Positions 1-14,500 of a DNA stretch of 64,000 bases are shown one piece after another. Source of the stretch: Calcarisporiella thermophila CBS 279.70. Lineage: Eukaryota; Fungi; Calcarisporiellomycota. The stretch is taken from assembly GCF_041956535.1 (NCBI RefSeq), contig NW_027192232.1, positions 21,557 to 85,556 on the forward strand. Reading direction: 5' to 3'. Under the pieces are notes generated by a model that did not search any database, was not told the DNA's origin, and worked only from the letters and a program-made list of their open reading frames with translations. The translations under genes were made by a program, and so were the position numbers. The stretch's first letter is position 1; every line of letters begins with the position of its first letter.

Positions 1-1628
1 CGATGTAGGAGCCGAGCACGTCCAACTCTTGGAAGATGGCAAGGGCGGCAAGGGCGGTCGAGTATTCGCGGGAGAGGTGCAACACGTCCTTTCTTAGAGG
101 AGATGGGCAGAGTTTTTCATAGTTGCTGAGCAGGTGCTCTGCCTCGACGGCAAGGGTTTCCGGCTCTATCCCCTCCGCCCTGCGTAGCATTAGTTTTCTT
201 AGAATCCCATAGAGTCGCCCTGTATATACCGCGCACTCAACGTAGAGCGCATATTCTCCAATTTCGTGCGCATAGGGGGTTGGCCGCTTCCTTTCGTCAA
301 AAAGCTCTAACTCCTGGTCGGGCTGATTCGCAAGTAAAAAGTGCTCATGCTCCACGAGGCTAAGCATCCATCGAACGCGGTTGAATTGCTCTTGCATGTA
401 GGCATTCGGACAGGGCTGGTCTCGGATTAAGTTGAAATGTTGACGGGCAAGGTGTATAAAAGTCGGGTTCCCGGTTTCCATTCGTGCCCGGGTATAGAGC
501 AAACAAAACCCGATGACGGTGGAGAGACTAGGTTTATCAAACAACTCCTCCTATTCACAATAGCAGCATCCAACGACCGTTAGCACCTGTTCTGCCACTA
601 TATTATCCTCTAGCAATATGGAGGTTACCATGAGCATTTTCGAAGTTTGATCTGCTGTCCGAGCGATGGGCGATCGAAACCTCACCGCTATCTCGGGGTG
701 TTCTGCATGCACGTGGCAAGTACTCCAGGCCAACGCGCTCCACAAGATAAACTCGTTCATTTTCCCTTCTCGGAAGGCTCGCATGCATCGTGGGGCATCC
801 ATGAGACGGCCAATAGTGAAATGGCAGCGAAAGAAACAGCGTAGGAGCGAAGCCATTTCATTCATCAGTTCTTTGTCTCTCATTAGTGGAGCAGGGAGTT
901 GAACGGGGGTATCCGCTGTATAAAGTCTACGGAAGAACGCGATGCGTTCAGAAGAGAGAACAGCTTGGTACCAGTTATATTGCAGCTGCGGGAGCTGTCT
1001 CCGACTTGTTGTCGAGCTGTTGACAGGCGATCGGGGTGAACGCGGGGAGGATGTAAAATAGGATAAATGTGAAGGAGAATCTGGGCCCAACATCTGCTGC
1101 AAGCACTTTTGCAAATTTCCTGCTGATTCAGCCTTGATCCAAAGTATCAGGCTTTTATTCGTTCGACGAATCTTCCAGCCCTCGGGTAAACTTGTGGAAT
1201 CTACCTCGACGGTTGGATCTCTCGATGCTATCCGCCTTTTTATTTTGGAGATTTGGGGCATATTATTTGCTAGATCCTGTTCCATTTTACGCATCCGGCG
1301 GCGAAGCTGACCCAGAAGATGGGAGATGTACCAGATGAACTGCGCTGCCTCCTCGTCGCGTTCGGGATATCTGCAATCGGCATTGGCATGTGCGCATCGT
1401 CCGCATCGAGGTACATTCATGTCACAATGGCCCTAATGAAAGAATATAGGATGGGAACAGCCCTGTCGTTAGCGATGACTGAAAGGATGATGCTAATGCG
1501 ATGGATTATACTTTGACATCTTTGCAACGTTTGCATGTTTGGATTTGAAACACTAGAGACATGCCATTACTATCGCTCTGTTTGAATGTAGTAGAGCCAT
1601 CGACACTCCATACCATTTCATAATTCAT
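1..1628 (-). CDS. Zn(II)2Cys6 fungal transcription factor (3' end runs off the window)
   Basis: Splicing the 1506-1718 ORF (..CKRCKDVK, GT at ~1511) to GHCDMNVPRCGRCAHANADC gives C-x2-C-x6-C-x6-C-x2-C-x6-C. A coiled coil follows; after a second intron (~551-628) comes EELFDKPSLSTV.. of the middle homology region. Start codon uncertain. Confidence 0.8.
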
Positions 1629-1894
1629 ACTTCGACGGACACCGATATTGATGGTTAGGGAATAGAACAAAAATCGCACTGGGTATAGATGTTTCGCCAA
1701 TAGAGTTTTGAAAAGCAACCATAAAAGCTAAAATAGCCAAACCCCAAGTGGGAAGATAACTGTGACTGTTGAAGCAGGAAAGAATTGCCGCCTAAATGAA
1801 GCCAGCCTGATAAAGACCATATTACATTGACGACATCTCATAAACGCTGTAGCAGAGCTTTCATTGTAGATCTGTTATTTAATTACAATATATT

Positions 1895-3264
1895 ATGTCC
1901 ATTACTAGCCTCTTGGGCTTTTCTTCCCCTGCCGACATAGATGTGTCCTTCACAGGGGAAGAATCGCGTAAATTGGTAGAGGTTAAGGTCGGAAAGAATC
2001 GAAGAGAGCAATTTCCCCTCTATCTTGATGGCGAGACGGTATCGGGGCTAGTTCACATTCGCTTGCTGGGTGGGAAAAAGCTGGATCACTTGGGCATCAA
2101 GATTGAGCTGGTCGGTAGTATTGGTAAGGACAGAGGGTATTCCCCGATGCAGGGAAGCTGTTGACGTTTGACTTTGACCATGGCAGAAATGATCTACGAT
2201 CGCGGAAGACACTCCGACTTCCTCTCGCTCTCCCATGAGCTGGCAGCACCAGGGGAGTTGCACCACAACACGAAGTACGATTTCACTTTCAAAAATGTGG
2301 AGAAAGCCTATGAGTCGTATCAGGGAATTAACATCCGCCTACGGTACTTTTATTTGGCCTTTTTGTTTCGGAGGAGGGACATTATTGACGCGCGGGGGAG
2401 TCTAACCCCCATTTTCACAGATACTTTGTGCGTGTGACCATATCGAGGCGCATTTCGGACGTCGTGCAAGAACGGGATCTCTGGGTGTACTCCTACAAAC
2501 CGCTCCCTGAGAAGAACGACGCAAGCATCAAGATGGAGGTGGGGATAGAGAATGCATTGCATCTTGAGTTTGAGTATAACAAGTCTAGGTGATGGTTTGG
2601 CCGATGATCGAGCGATCTCTACCCCCCTACTAAACGCTGATGCTCTGTTTCTTATTTTCATGTGAAAAGGTATCATTTGAAAGATGTCATTGTTGGGAAG
2701 ATCTATTTCATGTTGATCCGAATCCGGATTAAACATATGGAGTTATCCATCATTCGACAAGAGATGACCGGATCAGGTACAGACCCCGATTGCCATACTA
2801 AAGAGACTGGGGGCACTCACCCCATTCTACTCTTCTGTGCCGATAGGACCGAATCAATATAGTGAGAGCGAAACCATCGCCAAGTTTGAGATCATGGACG
2901 GAGCGCCTACTCGAGGTTAGAGATGGATCCCTAGACTGGTTTGTATGTATGCCATGCTGATGCACCTCGATATATAGGAGAGACGATCCCCATTCGACTT
3001 TTCCTTGGCGGGTACGAGCTGACACCCACCTTCATCGATGTGAACAAAAAGTTCTCCACCTGTTATTTTCTCAGTCTTGTGCTCATAGACGAAGAAAATC
3101 GGAGATACTTCAAACAACAAGAGGTCACCCTCTATCGGCGGCGAGGTAGGGGGGGGGGATTTTTCGAGAATGACCCATGTTTCTCTCGCTCATTGCATCT
3201 ATGTTTCTGCATTATAGTAGACGACGGGTTTCCGCCTGAGGGAGAGGGTCAAAATGGGCCGTGA
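1895..3264 (+). CDS. VPS26: Retromer subunit Vps26 (multi-exon)
   Basis: Motifs HLGIKIELVG, FTFKNVEKAYESYQGINIRLRY, IKMEVGIE, YHLKDVIVGKIYF, GETIPIRLFLGG, LVLIDEENRRYFKQQE across GT-AG introns. Confidence 0.95.
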
Positions 3265-3831
3265 TGGTTGAGGGGGCTCTACGCATTGTAAATTTTTGCA
3301 ATTGACACTATACGGGCATGGATAAGATTAGTCGACTCATCTCCGATTTCTCCTCGTTATTCCCATATGGAATGCTGGGAAATCTCGTTAGCCTAGGGGT
3401 TTCATTTTAAGTTTTCATTCCCAATTACAGATCGTTTCCTTCGGATTGTGGCTTGTATATTTTTCTTTCCTTAATATTAATACACCTCCCCTTTTCCATC
3501 GCAAGAATGAGCATCCCAAAAAAATGAGTGAAGCAGAACATAGATAAATTCTTCCTTGCATCTCTGCTATTTGCTTAATGTCTCTAGTTTAATATTCCCA
3601 AGGGCTTATGCTTGTATCTGTTTGGTTTATGTATTATTTTACCTTGCTATTGATCTTCACGTACTCCTCCACTTAGTGTATTGCTTTAACTTGACCCGTC
3701 ATCTGTGATTATATTATCTGTTTAGATCCCCCCTGTGGACATTATTATTGGATGTATGGCAGTGTAGAGAATCTGTAGCTCTTCTAATCCATTCAGGACT
3801 ATATACCTTTTTATTCAATACTATATCATAT

Positions 3832-5069
3832 ATGTCTCTATCTCCCGCCAGCCAGGTTCCTGAGACCCCTACCCTTTCCAACATTATCACCCAAACATTA
3901 CCCACTGCATCCGGGAGCCGATGTGACAGGAGGGCGCTAGGTAGTGAGCCGATTGGTTTTGATATGGATGCACGAAGCATTTTGATGAGTTAAAATATAT
4001 TTCTGCCCAGATTTCGTTGCGGCATCGCATCCCCCGTCTCCGCAAAAATCCCAGTCGTTCCCACCGGCGCCTTCTCCAGAGTCGGGGGTCAATGGAGACC
4101 CATCTCGAGCCAAAGGCTCGCGTCGCTTTCTCTCCCTTCTCTTTTGCTGTTCTCCCCGCCTTCTCGACAAGATTTCTCCGCTCCAAGGTCGGAGTGGAAA
4201 AAGACAGACTCCGACGCCTCTCTATATTGACGCCACAGAGGAAGACGAGGAGGAGGCGGGGGAGGCGGAGGAGGCGGGGGGAGAGGAGGAGGAAGAGGAG
4301 GAGGAGGAGGCCGTTGGAGCCAATAGGAGAAGAAATGGGGCCACGGCCACCCGAACCTTGCTGGGGCCGGTGGGGGAGAAGGATGTTGGGCGGAAATGCC
4401 TCGTCCTCGACTTGGACGAAACTCTTGTACATAGCTCGTTTAGAGTGAGTTATTCTCCCCGTTGCGTCGGCTTCTACACCGGAGCCGCATACTGATCGTG
4501 CTCTTGCCTTTTAGCCTGTCCCGCAGGCCGACTTCATTATTCCGATCGAGATCGACAATACGGTTCACCACTTCTATGTGCTGAAGCGGCCGGGGGTGGA
4601 CGAGTTTTTGCGGCGGATGGGGCAGCTCTACGAAATCGTGGTGTTCACCGCAAGTGTGGCCAAATATGCGGATCCCGTGCTAGATAGGCTGGATGTGGGC
4701 AAGGTGGTGAGACATCGGCTATTTCGGGAATCGTGCATACAGCTCAAAGGGAGCTATGTGAAGGTAACTACGCGGGACGCCCCATTCGAGCCGATGCCCT
4801 GTAAGGCTTGATGACCTCAGCATCCCCCCCCTTTGTAGGATCTGTCTCAGCTTGGTCGCGACCTACGCAGCATCATCATCCTCGACAACTCCCCCATCTC
4901 CTACCTGCTGCATCCCTCGAATGCCGTCCCAGTGTCGTCGTGGTTCTCGGACCCGCACGACAGCGAGCTGTGCGATATGATCCCCTTCCTCGAGGACATG
5001 GCCCGGGCCGAGGTGGAGGACGTGAGGATAGTGTTGGACGGCTCCATTGCTAAGGCGGCCTCGAGCTGA
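3832..5069 (+). CDS. PSR1: PSR1/SCP-like (NIF/FCP1 family) CTD small phosphatase
   Basis: N-terminal NIITQ and LLFCC motifs, acidic linker, [16 protein letters not shown] catalytic motif, [37 protein letters not shown]; about 3 introns. Confidence 0.9.
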
Positions 5070-5816
5070 CCATGCTCGGGTCCCCGTGTTTTTCTTGAAC
5101 TTGTCTCTGTTTTTCTTGCCCTCAACCTCGTCAATAAAGGCGCTGCCCCTTCCAGCCGCTCCATGAGCGAGACTGCTGTCTCTCGCGGCCTGGACGTAAG
5201 GGGCTCCGAGCCCGCGGGCCTGCCCAAGCTCGGCGCCAATTACACTAAAGAGTAGACGTGTCCAATTTAATTTGGGGGCAAAACAACAAAAGAAAACAAC
5301 AGGCAGGGGACTGCCCGAGCTTAACCCAAGATCTCTGACCAAGCCCAATTCAATCCGGGCTTTTGAGGAAGGGCGAAAATCGCCGGGCAAAACCTTCGCC
5401 GATTCCCAATCCGACCCAGAGCCCCATCCAAAAGGCAATTCTGTAACAGAGCAAATGCGGCTGTTTCTGGTGTGAGAACGGGCTTCGGACAGCCTTGCGC
5501 AATTGGCACATGCACCCCCCCTCAGCAAGCAGCCTCTGAATGCGCTAGCCCGCGCAGTCTGTCGGGTGAAAATGGATATATACGCACATCCTTCTCCTAC
5601 ATATGCATCGCGCCCAGCCCTGCCTGCTTACCGAGGCTATAAATGAAATTAGCGTTTTGTTTTCTTATTTTTTGACAACCTCAGCTCGCTCCTGCCTTTT
5701 CCGTCGGCTTCTGCGTCTTCTATTTTTTCCCTCTCCCCCGCCCCGCTCCCGCTCCCGCTCTCTCTTGTTTCTCCCTTGCTTCGTGCTGCCCATCCCGCCA
5801 ATCTCTTGCCACAACC

Positions 5817-8811
5817 ATGTTCCCCTCGCTGGATAATGACAACAGCAGCGGGGGAACCCCCACCAAGCGGCTGCGCGTCACAAAAGCCTGTTCCCGGTGT
5901 CGGAATAGAAAAACTAAGGTAGCATCCTAACCCATTTCCCGCCTTCTCCCCCTCTCCATGTCCAGAATTAAACCATGCCATTGCTTCTCCTCCGTTGCAG
6001 TGCGATGGACTCGTGCCAAAATGCACCCCCTGTCTCTACAAGAACACCGAGTGCGTGTACGAATCGCCCACTCCAAAACCCGGAGCTGCCAGCCTGGAAA
6101 CGCTGAATGCGCTAGCACAGCGCTTAGATTCGCTGGAGCGCCGAATGAGGGACATTGATTCCTCGCCTAGCGAGGGCGAGAGCAGCGGCTCCTCGCCGGA
6201 TCAGAGGAGATCTGAGACCTCGTCCCAATCCGAGGATTCGCGCTCAGAACAGAAACGGGAATTGGAGGCCATGATGCTGGTGAGCCCGCACAAACCTTTA
6301 TCGCACAGACACTGGACGTTGAGCTTTTCAAACACTGGCCTTCGGTAATTAATTCTCTTTATATACGATGGCTCATCTTTTCTTGTCCTTTTCCCTTGAT
6401 TGGCCTCTTTCATCCCGATCCGCACTTCCATTCATTGATCCCTCTTGTGTTTTGCGCTTTAGCATCGACACCAACATTACCAATGTCTCTGACATCTACC
6501 GCCTCCTCTTGACCGGTCTCAGCCAGCTCGACATCGGGTCCTCTTCCCCCCCCTATTCTCAACAGCTTCAGTATGATCACTCACCCCAGCTGCCTCAGCA
6601 ACAGGGCGCCACCCCCAACATCCGCAAGAGCTTACGTGTCGACACCCGTTTTGGCAACGATCCTATCCACAGGATCTTCTGGAGAAGCCCTAGCGGACGG
6701 TCGGAATTACAAGGAGGCGGCGCCGACATCCCGGACGAGATCACGCTTGCGTTTATCAACCACCAGCTGCTCGATGATCTTGTAAAACAGTATCTTGATC
6801 ACTTCTGCAACGTGGCGCCCATCATCGACCGGGAGGCGTTTTGGACCGAGTATCGGTCCGGGGAGATGGACCCCCTTCTCCTCTACTCTATCCTCGCTCG
6901 CATGGCCACCGATATCTACAATGTGGACCGTTTTCCTGACCCTGACACCCAGCGCGCAGTCGGGCGGTTCTTTTTCCGCAACGCAAGAACAATTTTCCAG
7001 GAGCGTTTCGACCAACCCTCCGTATCCTCCGTTCTGGCCCTTGCCAATTTGGCATGGCACAAGTACGAGAGTCTGGATCCCAACGGCGCCGCACTCTACT
7101 GCGGGGCGGCAGTACGAATGGCTCAGGTATGCAGATGCACGCACATACCTGTGCCCTCTTCTCCCCCTCCACTCGAGGTGGGCGGGCATCGATTCCAATA
7201 TTGAGCTCTTCCTATCTTGATTAGATCTTGCAACTCCACCGCCGGAATTCGGATATCTACATGGAGGCTCAAAACGAGATACAGCGAGAAATGTTGCTTC
7301 GAATATGGTGGTACATCTATTGCACAGACCGCAAACTCGCCTTGTTCTGGGGAAAACCCATGCTCATCCACGACGACGACTGCGACCTGGATCTTCCAAA
7401 GGCCCTCGAGATCGATGTCGCCCGTTCTGCGGCCGACTCGGTGAACTTCTTCCGCCAGGACGTGAAGCTGATGCATATCACCGGAGACATCATCAAGAAG
7501 CTGTACTCGCGTCAGACGGACAATGTGCCCTTGAGCACGGTGTCGGAACTGGAGAACATGCTCACCGAATGGTTCAAACAGTTGCCGGCCCATCTCCAAT
7601 TTGACCTCGATCACATGGACACCTCCACTCCCCGCTCCTGCTTCCTCACCCTGCTCAATGTCTACTACCATACCCTCTGGATCCTGGTGCATCAGCTGTT
7701 CCTGCCCCGCCCCGAAGACGCCTCGGAGCCCATCCCGAGCATCAGCCTGAACATCTGCACCAAGTCGGCCAACACCATCGTCTACATTCTGACCAACCTG
7801 ATCACCTTTGACTACTGCCAGCAGTACCTTTTCCCCGTCTCGGTGGCCTCCAACATCCACATCCGCAACTTCGGCTCGCTGGACCCGCAGAAGGTGGAGA
7901 ACGCAAAATTCAACCTCGCGAGGGTGCGGCACTGCATCAAGCACACCCCTTTCTACCGAATCCAGTATCCGCCCGTGATGGAGTTCTCTCGCTACCTGGA
8001 CCAATTCCCGGTGCCGCTGGAAATTCCAGACCCCACCGATGTGGAGGAGTGCAAACGGCTCTCCTCCCCAACCTCACAGCTGGAAGCGGCGGCCGTGGTG
8101 GACTCCGAAGGAAACGGCACGGAAACGGGTGGAAATGCGGGGCCGCGGGCCGCCTTTGGAAGGGCGAACACCTTCCCCTCCGTGTCGCCTCCCACCTCCA
8201 CCTCCACCTCCACCACCACTGGCCTGGCGACCCCTCACACAACCGCAATGCTCGCGAGTACTGGGCCCGAGGCCAGTGTGTTTCAGGGCGAATTTTTCGC
8301 AGGTGAATGCGACTTTTCTAGGATCATGTCGAACTTTATGCCCTCGAGCCAGGCCCGGATGCCACCGCGCACCATGAATGAGCCGCTCCCCCAGGAACTC
8401 TATCCACCGCAACAGCAATCACTTCCCTCACCACCACAACAGAAGCCACTACAGCAATCTCAGCAACCACAACCATCGCAACCCCATCCAACACTGCAAC
8501 CACCGCTCGTCCAGCACGAGAGACAAGAGCAGCGGCGTGGCAACGGGACCTATGCAAGCACGCAAGCTCAGCAGCCACCTCATCCCAAACTACCCTCTTC
8601 TCATTTGCCTCCCACGCAGTCCTCGCAACCGTCGGAGGAGATCAGTCCTCTTGGTCACTTGCATGTATATTCGAACTTCACCGCATTGCCACTGACGGAA
8701 CCTTGGCGGACCCCGGTGCCGACGCTAAACGTAGCGATCCGAGAAGAAACCGACGGGGAAACCCCACTGCGGGCATCATGGAGAGGAGAAAAAAGAACAT
8801 ATAATTCGTAG
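5817..8811 (+). CDS. Zn(II)2Cys6 transcription factor with fungal-specific TF domain
   Basis: Spliced KRLRVTKACSRCRNRKTK|CDGLVPKCTPCLYKNTEC; AVRMAQ, RIWWYIYCTDRKLALFWGKP; P/Q-rich C-terminus. Confidence 0.92.
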
Positions 8812-10895
8812 CCTTAACTGCATTGATTTCTGTTCTTTGTAAGTATTGGAATTGACTATTTTCACTCTATTGCCATTGCTATTTCGAGTACTGTGATGAT
8901 ATCCTGTTGGCTTATATACATATCTACGTTAACATATATTTGCGAAACATTCAATATTGGTTATTTTAGTTTTCATTCATATGTTCCTACATGTCCTGTT
9001 TGTTCCTTTTTTTTTTTTTACTTCCCCTTTAGATTTGGGTCTTTCTAAGTTATTCATATATTTAGCTATTTGAAATGAAAAAAAAAATTCTCAAAAAAGA
9101 GATATGCATCGGTTCCGTATGAAGAGCGTTCATATTCTTTTTTGCCTTCCCTGTAACATGGTCATCTGTGATATAACACCCATTTCTTTACTCCTATGCT
9201 TTTGGGGCATTTGCCGTTTTCACTTAGAGACGCTACTATAAAGAGGAGCCCTAGTATGAAACAAGCGAGGTATTTTCACCCAATCCGCTCCTCCTTCGAG
9301 TTTTAGTAAGAAACTCAGATGTGCCTCGACGGCATTCCCAATGAGATTGGCTTTAGCGTCCTCTAATTCTAAATAGAGTTTGCAATGCAACCTTGTTTAA
9401 TGGTCTGATAAACAAAAGGCTCAAACACGACACAAGCAGGCGTGAGAATACCCGGTGGTTAGGTAAGCGCAAGCTGAAAGGACACAGATGCATTCGCCCG
9501 CATAGAGCCAGGCGAGGTCCAGCCGCGAGAGAGAGATGCGAGCTGCCAAGAGGAGAGGAGGAGGGGCAGGGGGGCGTGGGGGGAAATGAGGTCATATGCA
9601 GCCGTACATTGCTTCACCGCGATGCTTGAGGCTAAACAAGCTTGACAGGTTGACAAAGCCGCGCTAGGCCTAAAGCGAAAGTTAACCTTCCGTTGCCAGC
9701 GCCAACCCCCCCCCCCCCCGCGCATCTATCCCTAGCGCCCGCTTCGTGGCATGAATGGATCCACGATATTCTAACCGTGCCCACAGAAAAAATTTGGCGG
9801 AGATTGGCCTCTTGCTAGATGGATTGGTTCCCCTCGGGCTACTCCTTATCAGACACCTGGGAATCCTTCAGGGCGCCATGCAGGCTCTCCAAGTTCTCGA
9901 GGGGAATTAATGACTGCAGCTGTGCAGGCAGGAGAGATCAAGCTCATTTGAAGGCAAGATGAGGGGTGGGTCGATGCGAGTTTACGGCGAAAAATGAGGC
10001 GTATTGAAAAAAAAAAGAAGCCTGGATAAATTAATGTCGATGTCGGGTAAATTAGATTTGTAATAGACTATTTTAATCTCTATGAGCGAGGGTAATCGTA
10101 TGCAGAACACTTTCGATATTTATTTAATAATAATATAAGTGATTCAGGCAGGCGTTTCAGTATCGAAACATTGTAGATAAAAACAAAACAAAAAAAAAAC
10201 TTTTTTTAAAAGCTGCATCCAGTGTTTCATCATACTAGGACTTGATCGCCTCAAGCGTTGTTTTATCGTGGTCTGGATGGTCACAGAAAGCTAAGGCGCT
10301 CACTCAGCCCATGGGGTGACCTAGTTTCTGCTCCCTATCAAACGAGTATTTACTAAAGCCTGTAGATGATTTCTGTTATTATATTGCTGTAAGATAGCAT
10401 ATGGCCCACGTGAAAATGTAGTTATATGTATTACTTATTAGTATAATAGAGCACAGTAATTGAAAGTAGGCCGGTAGGACATGCCAGCACGGTAATTTAT
10501 TGGAATTGAATATCAGGTCCATTAATTGGAAACTATCCTGTGCAGGGACAGAGTAAAGATAGGCACGGGTGTGTAAATGCATACAAGTAATGCTTAAGAT
10601 CTACTGTAAGGCACTTATCATATGAATAGTGGACCGAAGCCACTTGCATACCTATCCTTCCAAAAAATTGGATGTCAATTCTCGATGTCACTCCTCTTTG
10701 TGGATTTTACTACTTATTTTTGTAGCCGTTTGATATCGTTTGCTTGTTTCTATATTATTGATGACCATTGAGCCATAAGAAAAACCCGACAAACTCCCAT
10801 AAAATATAATAAAAAAAAATCAAAAATAATCAAAAAATTTTTATATAAATATTTTAGATTTCCTCCGGTTTTCAGGAGCGCACTAATAGCTTGGT

Positions 10896-10966
10896 GCGTT
10901 AGTAGTTGACTGGTACAATATTTCCCTTCCAAGGAAAAGGACGGGGTTCGATTCCCCGCTAACGCA
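10896..10966 (+). tRNA. tRNA-Gly(TCC)
   Basis: Acceptor stem GCGTTAG/CTAACGC, anticodon arm TTTCC-CTTCCAA-GGAAA, T-loop GGTTCGATTCC, followed by a T-rich Pol III terminator. Confidence 0.93.
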
Positions 10967-11561
10967 TTTCTTTTTAATTTTTTACTTTATTGTTCTCAAC
11001 AATGATATCCGTGGTTGAAACGCAGAGAGAAGTTGGCTGCCTGGAATAAAAGGTGTTCGTCGCTAGAGGATATGAAAATATATTCGAGCGCAAAAAATTA
11101 TCTTAACTGCCGGTGGATTTTTGCAACCAAAAATGCCACCGCGCCATTGACTTCTGGTGCATCCTATTTCGGCGGAGAGCTCACCGAACAGGTGTCGAAG
11201 GAAAAGATGCTGAGATACTGTTTTAAGTCACTTTTGTCATAGTCTGTAGCCCGTACATTATCCTAGCGACGAAGTCCTACAGTTGTACAGTCTGATTTAA
11301 AGGAAATAACTGGGAAGGCTAATATAAATAAAACCGTCGAAATGTTTCCCTTTTTTTTTAGATTTAATATCATCCCGTCCTTTCTTTTACAGGGTTAGAA
11401 GAAAAGAATAAAAAGTATAAACAATAAAAAAGAAATAACAAAGAATATATCCGTAAATAATAAAGAAAAGTGACCGAAATAGAAACAAAACCAGTAGGAA
11501 AAGAAAAAGTATTTTTGAATTAAGAGTAAACGTCTTGAGAGGCCTTGTAGAAAGAGCAAAA

Positions 11562-14500
11562 TTATGAGGGCGGAGTATTCAACACATCCACATATCGTGA
11601 TCTTGCCGGTCGACGGTGTCCCGCTGCCGAAGAGCTTCGGATTCCACCCGGTGGTGCTAAATGGCCAGATCCGCTTGGGCTCAGAGTGCCGCTTGAACGC
11701 CTCGTATCGCTTGGCATAGCTCTCTGACCCGGCGTCGACATCGGCCTGGGAGGTGCGCCTAATCCACCAGAAGCCGCATTCTCTTTGGACGCGTGGTCCA
11801 GCATCGAGGGGGTTGCAGATCGAGATTTGGGTGGGGGAGGAGGGGGGGCGGGTGCCTCTGAGGTGGCGCCGGCCTTCTTGTTAATCCACCGCTTCTGTGC
11901 TTCGTCGTAGTAGAACTGGTTTTCTTCGCCAAGGTTGGCGACAGGTGGGCCGGTGCGTCGACTAAAGAAACTGAACACGCTCCATCCTAGCGTAGTTAAG
12001 AAGAAAAAAATACATCAATGAAAGATGTTAGCCGGGGGAAGTCCAACGACTGAGCACTTATATATCCATTACCTTTTGACTCCTCCTTCCCCTCGGCTGC
12101 CTTGGTCTTCTTTTCTCCCTCTTCTTTCTTCTTCCTCTCTTCCTCTCCCTGTTGCTGTTCCTTCTTCCGTTGATTTGCGTTATTTCCAAGCCCTAGATCG
12201 TCGTCCAGTGGTGGATTTTCGGCTTGCTGCTGCTGCTGCTGCTGTTGCTGATTTTGATTGGAGGGCGTCGAGGGAACAGCAAATGGCATGGGCGATGGCA
12301 CATAGCCCATGGGGGATATAAACCCGCTGGTGTCAAAATTGTCTTCAGCAGGCTGCTCGGCTGCATTCTCTGTTGTCTTTGCCCCGTGTTCATAGTGGGC
12401 CTCATCCTGTTGCGGCTGATACTGGCTATAGTCGGTATAGCCTGTGTAGTTGTCGGCAGAATACGGTGCTTGCTCATCTTGTTCTGTAGCCCCGTACGGT
12501 TGGTAGTATCCATAGTTGTTCTGTTGCTGTCCCTCCTGTTGATACTGTTCTTGATACGACTGTGACTGATATTGGGAGTGCTCCTGCTGCTCCTGCTGTT
12601 GCTGTGTGTCGTTATTGTATTGAGACTCATAATAACCTCCATAACCCGCATAGTCACCGGACTGGTTTGACCATTCGTTATAGGTGTATTGGCCAGGTTG
12701 CTGCTGCGGTTGCTGCTGATCTAGAGTCATCTGCCCATAAAACGCGTCATATTGAGCGGCAGCCTCACCCCCTGCTTGCCCACCATACTCTCCATAGCCG
12801 TTATATGCAGCGTAGCCGTACTGGTCGTTCTGCTCTCCGTCCGTTTCCGCAATTGGCGACATGATCGTTTGCCCTCCTGACATCAAGGATGCCCTCTTGT
12901 TCGCATTGTTCAGCTGATTTTCTTGAGCTCCAGGTACCTCTTCTGCCGGCTGCTCCTGTTTACTTGGTGTGAATGCCCGCAAGAAAGGAGATACCACTGA
13001 ATTGGATAGCATGATGTTTGGAGTTTTGGCACGGCGAGCTGGCTCTACCTTCATGCCTGGAGTCGCCCGACCTGTCCTCATCTCGGCGGCGGAGGCGCTA
13101 CGTGCCGGCACGTCGGTTGGAATTTGTGGCTGAAGCGGTGATTCCTGAACTACACCGGGGACCGCCGCATTCTCTTTAGCAGCTTTATCCTCTCCCACCT
13201 CATCGCCCGCAACAAACTTGTTAAGCTGCCCCTCGATGGAGCCCCAGATCGAATCGAGTGACGGTTTAGTCAGCATACTGCCAAGCCACGAACTCACCCC
13301 CTCATGCTCCACACTTCCAGAGCTATTCTGCTCTATTAATTCGCTCAGCTCTCGTAGCTTTTCCAAGAAACACTTGTGGAAGTATGGAGAGCCCTTCGTG
13401 TACACTTTCAGGAAATTGGCAATCGATTCACAATAGCGTCGAGCTTCGGTCAAATATCCTGAATCAGCAAGTCGCCAGGCATATATTAACTTGTAGGCGG
13501 ATAAAAATGGTAGCGCGCCCGCGCAGCTACTCCCGCTCTTGAGGCAGAGCCCGAATTCATAGAGTTCTGTAAGGCGCAGGGCGTTCTCGTCCATAAACAT
13601 TGACCAGCGTTTTGGATCGGCGCCGAGCAGAACAAGGCGCATACGGGGGGTGTCAATCCCTGAATGGATGGACGATTGGGGAGAAAGTAAATAACATATA
13701 TGAGCAGCCCCTATCCACCCGTGTGAGGCAAGCAAGTCCCCAAGTGCGGTCATGGCTGCTGTATCGCCGGTGGTGCGATTGGCCAGCACGAGTGTAAGGA
13801 TCTCTCGCCATTTTGCCAACTTATCCTTGATAGAGCGGGAATTGTTACGATCGCCAGGAGTAAATGGAGACGAGACCATGCCCTCTTGCCCTGGGGTCGA
13901 CTGCAGAATAGCTTGGGGATGCGCAAAAAGTTCCTGGATCGCTTGTTGGCCTCTCCCTGCAAATAGTGAATATAATACACGTAAACCCTCGCGATCACTA
14001 GATGAAATTACGGCGGATCGGGGCATTGGAGTTTCGCATAGTTCGCGGCGTGCAAATTCGCAGACAACTTCCTTCCACAAATCCCGGTTTACACAGCTAC
14101 TGATAATCAGAGCATGGGGCCACATGTCTTCTTGTATAGCGTATTTTACAGCCTCTGTGCGATCTCCCCGCAATAGCATTTCCTCAAGTGTATCAAGGCC
14201 GGTGTTTAGTGCTTTATTATCACGGAGCTGTTCTGTGTTTGGGATGGAATCTGCAGGGACTGTGAAATTCTCTGGAGCAGCCGCTTTGGGAGGTGGCGCC
14301 AAATGTTTTCGCACAGCTTCCTCAGCCTTAAGACTATTGTAAAATAGGCCAAGGTCAAAACTATCATTAATTTTGAAAAGGGAAAAAACGTTGTTTTACC
14401 ATCCGGCTAAACCTTCATTTTCCAAGGTAATTTTAACTGCTTGCCACAATAAAATTGTGTCTTCGAGCTGTCTTCGATTCTCCCCTGATAATGTTTCAGT

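Noticed and set aside
4017-4448. Arg-rich protamine-like ORF
   Set aside because: Alternate frame of the GAG-rich acidic linker of the PSR1-like gene.
10878-10899. Hairpin pairing the tRNA-Gly leader with the tRNA 5' end
   Set aside because: Short and plausibly chance; no support for a function.
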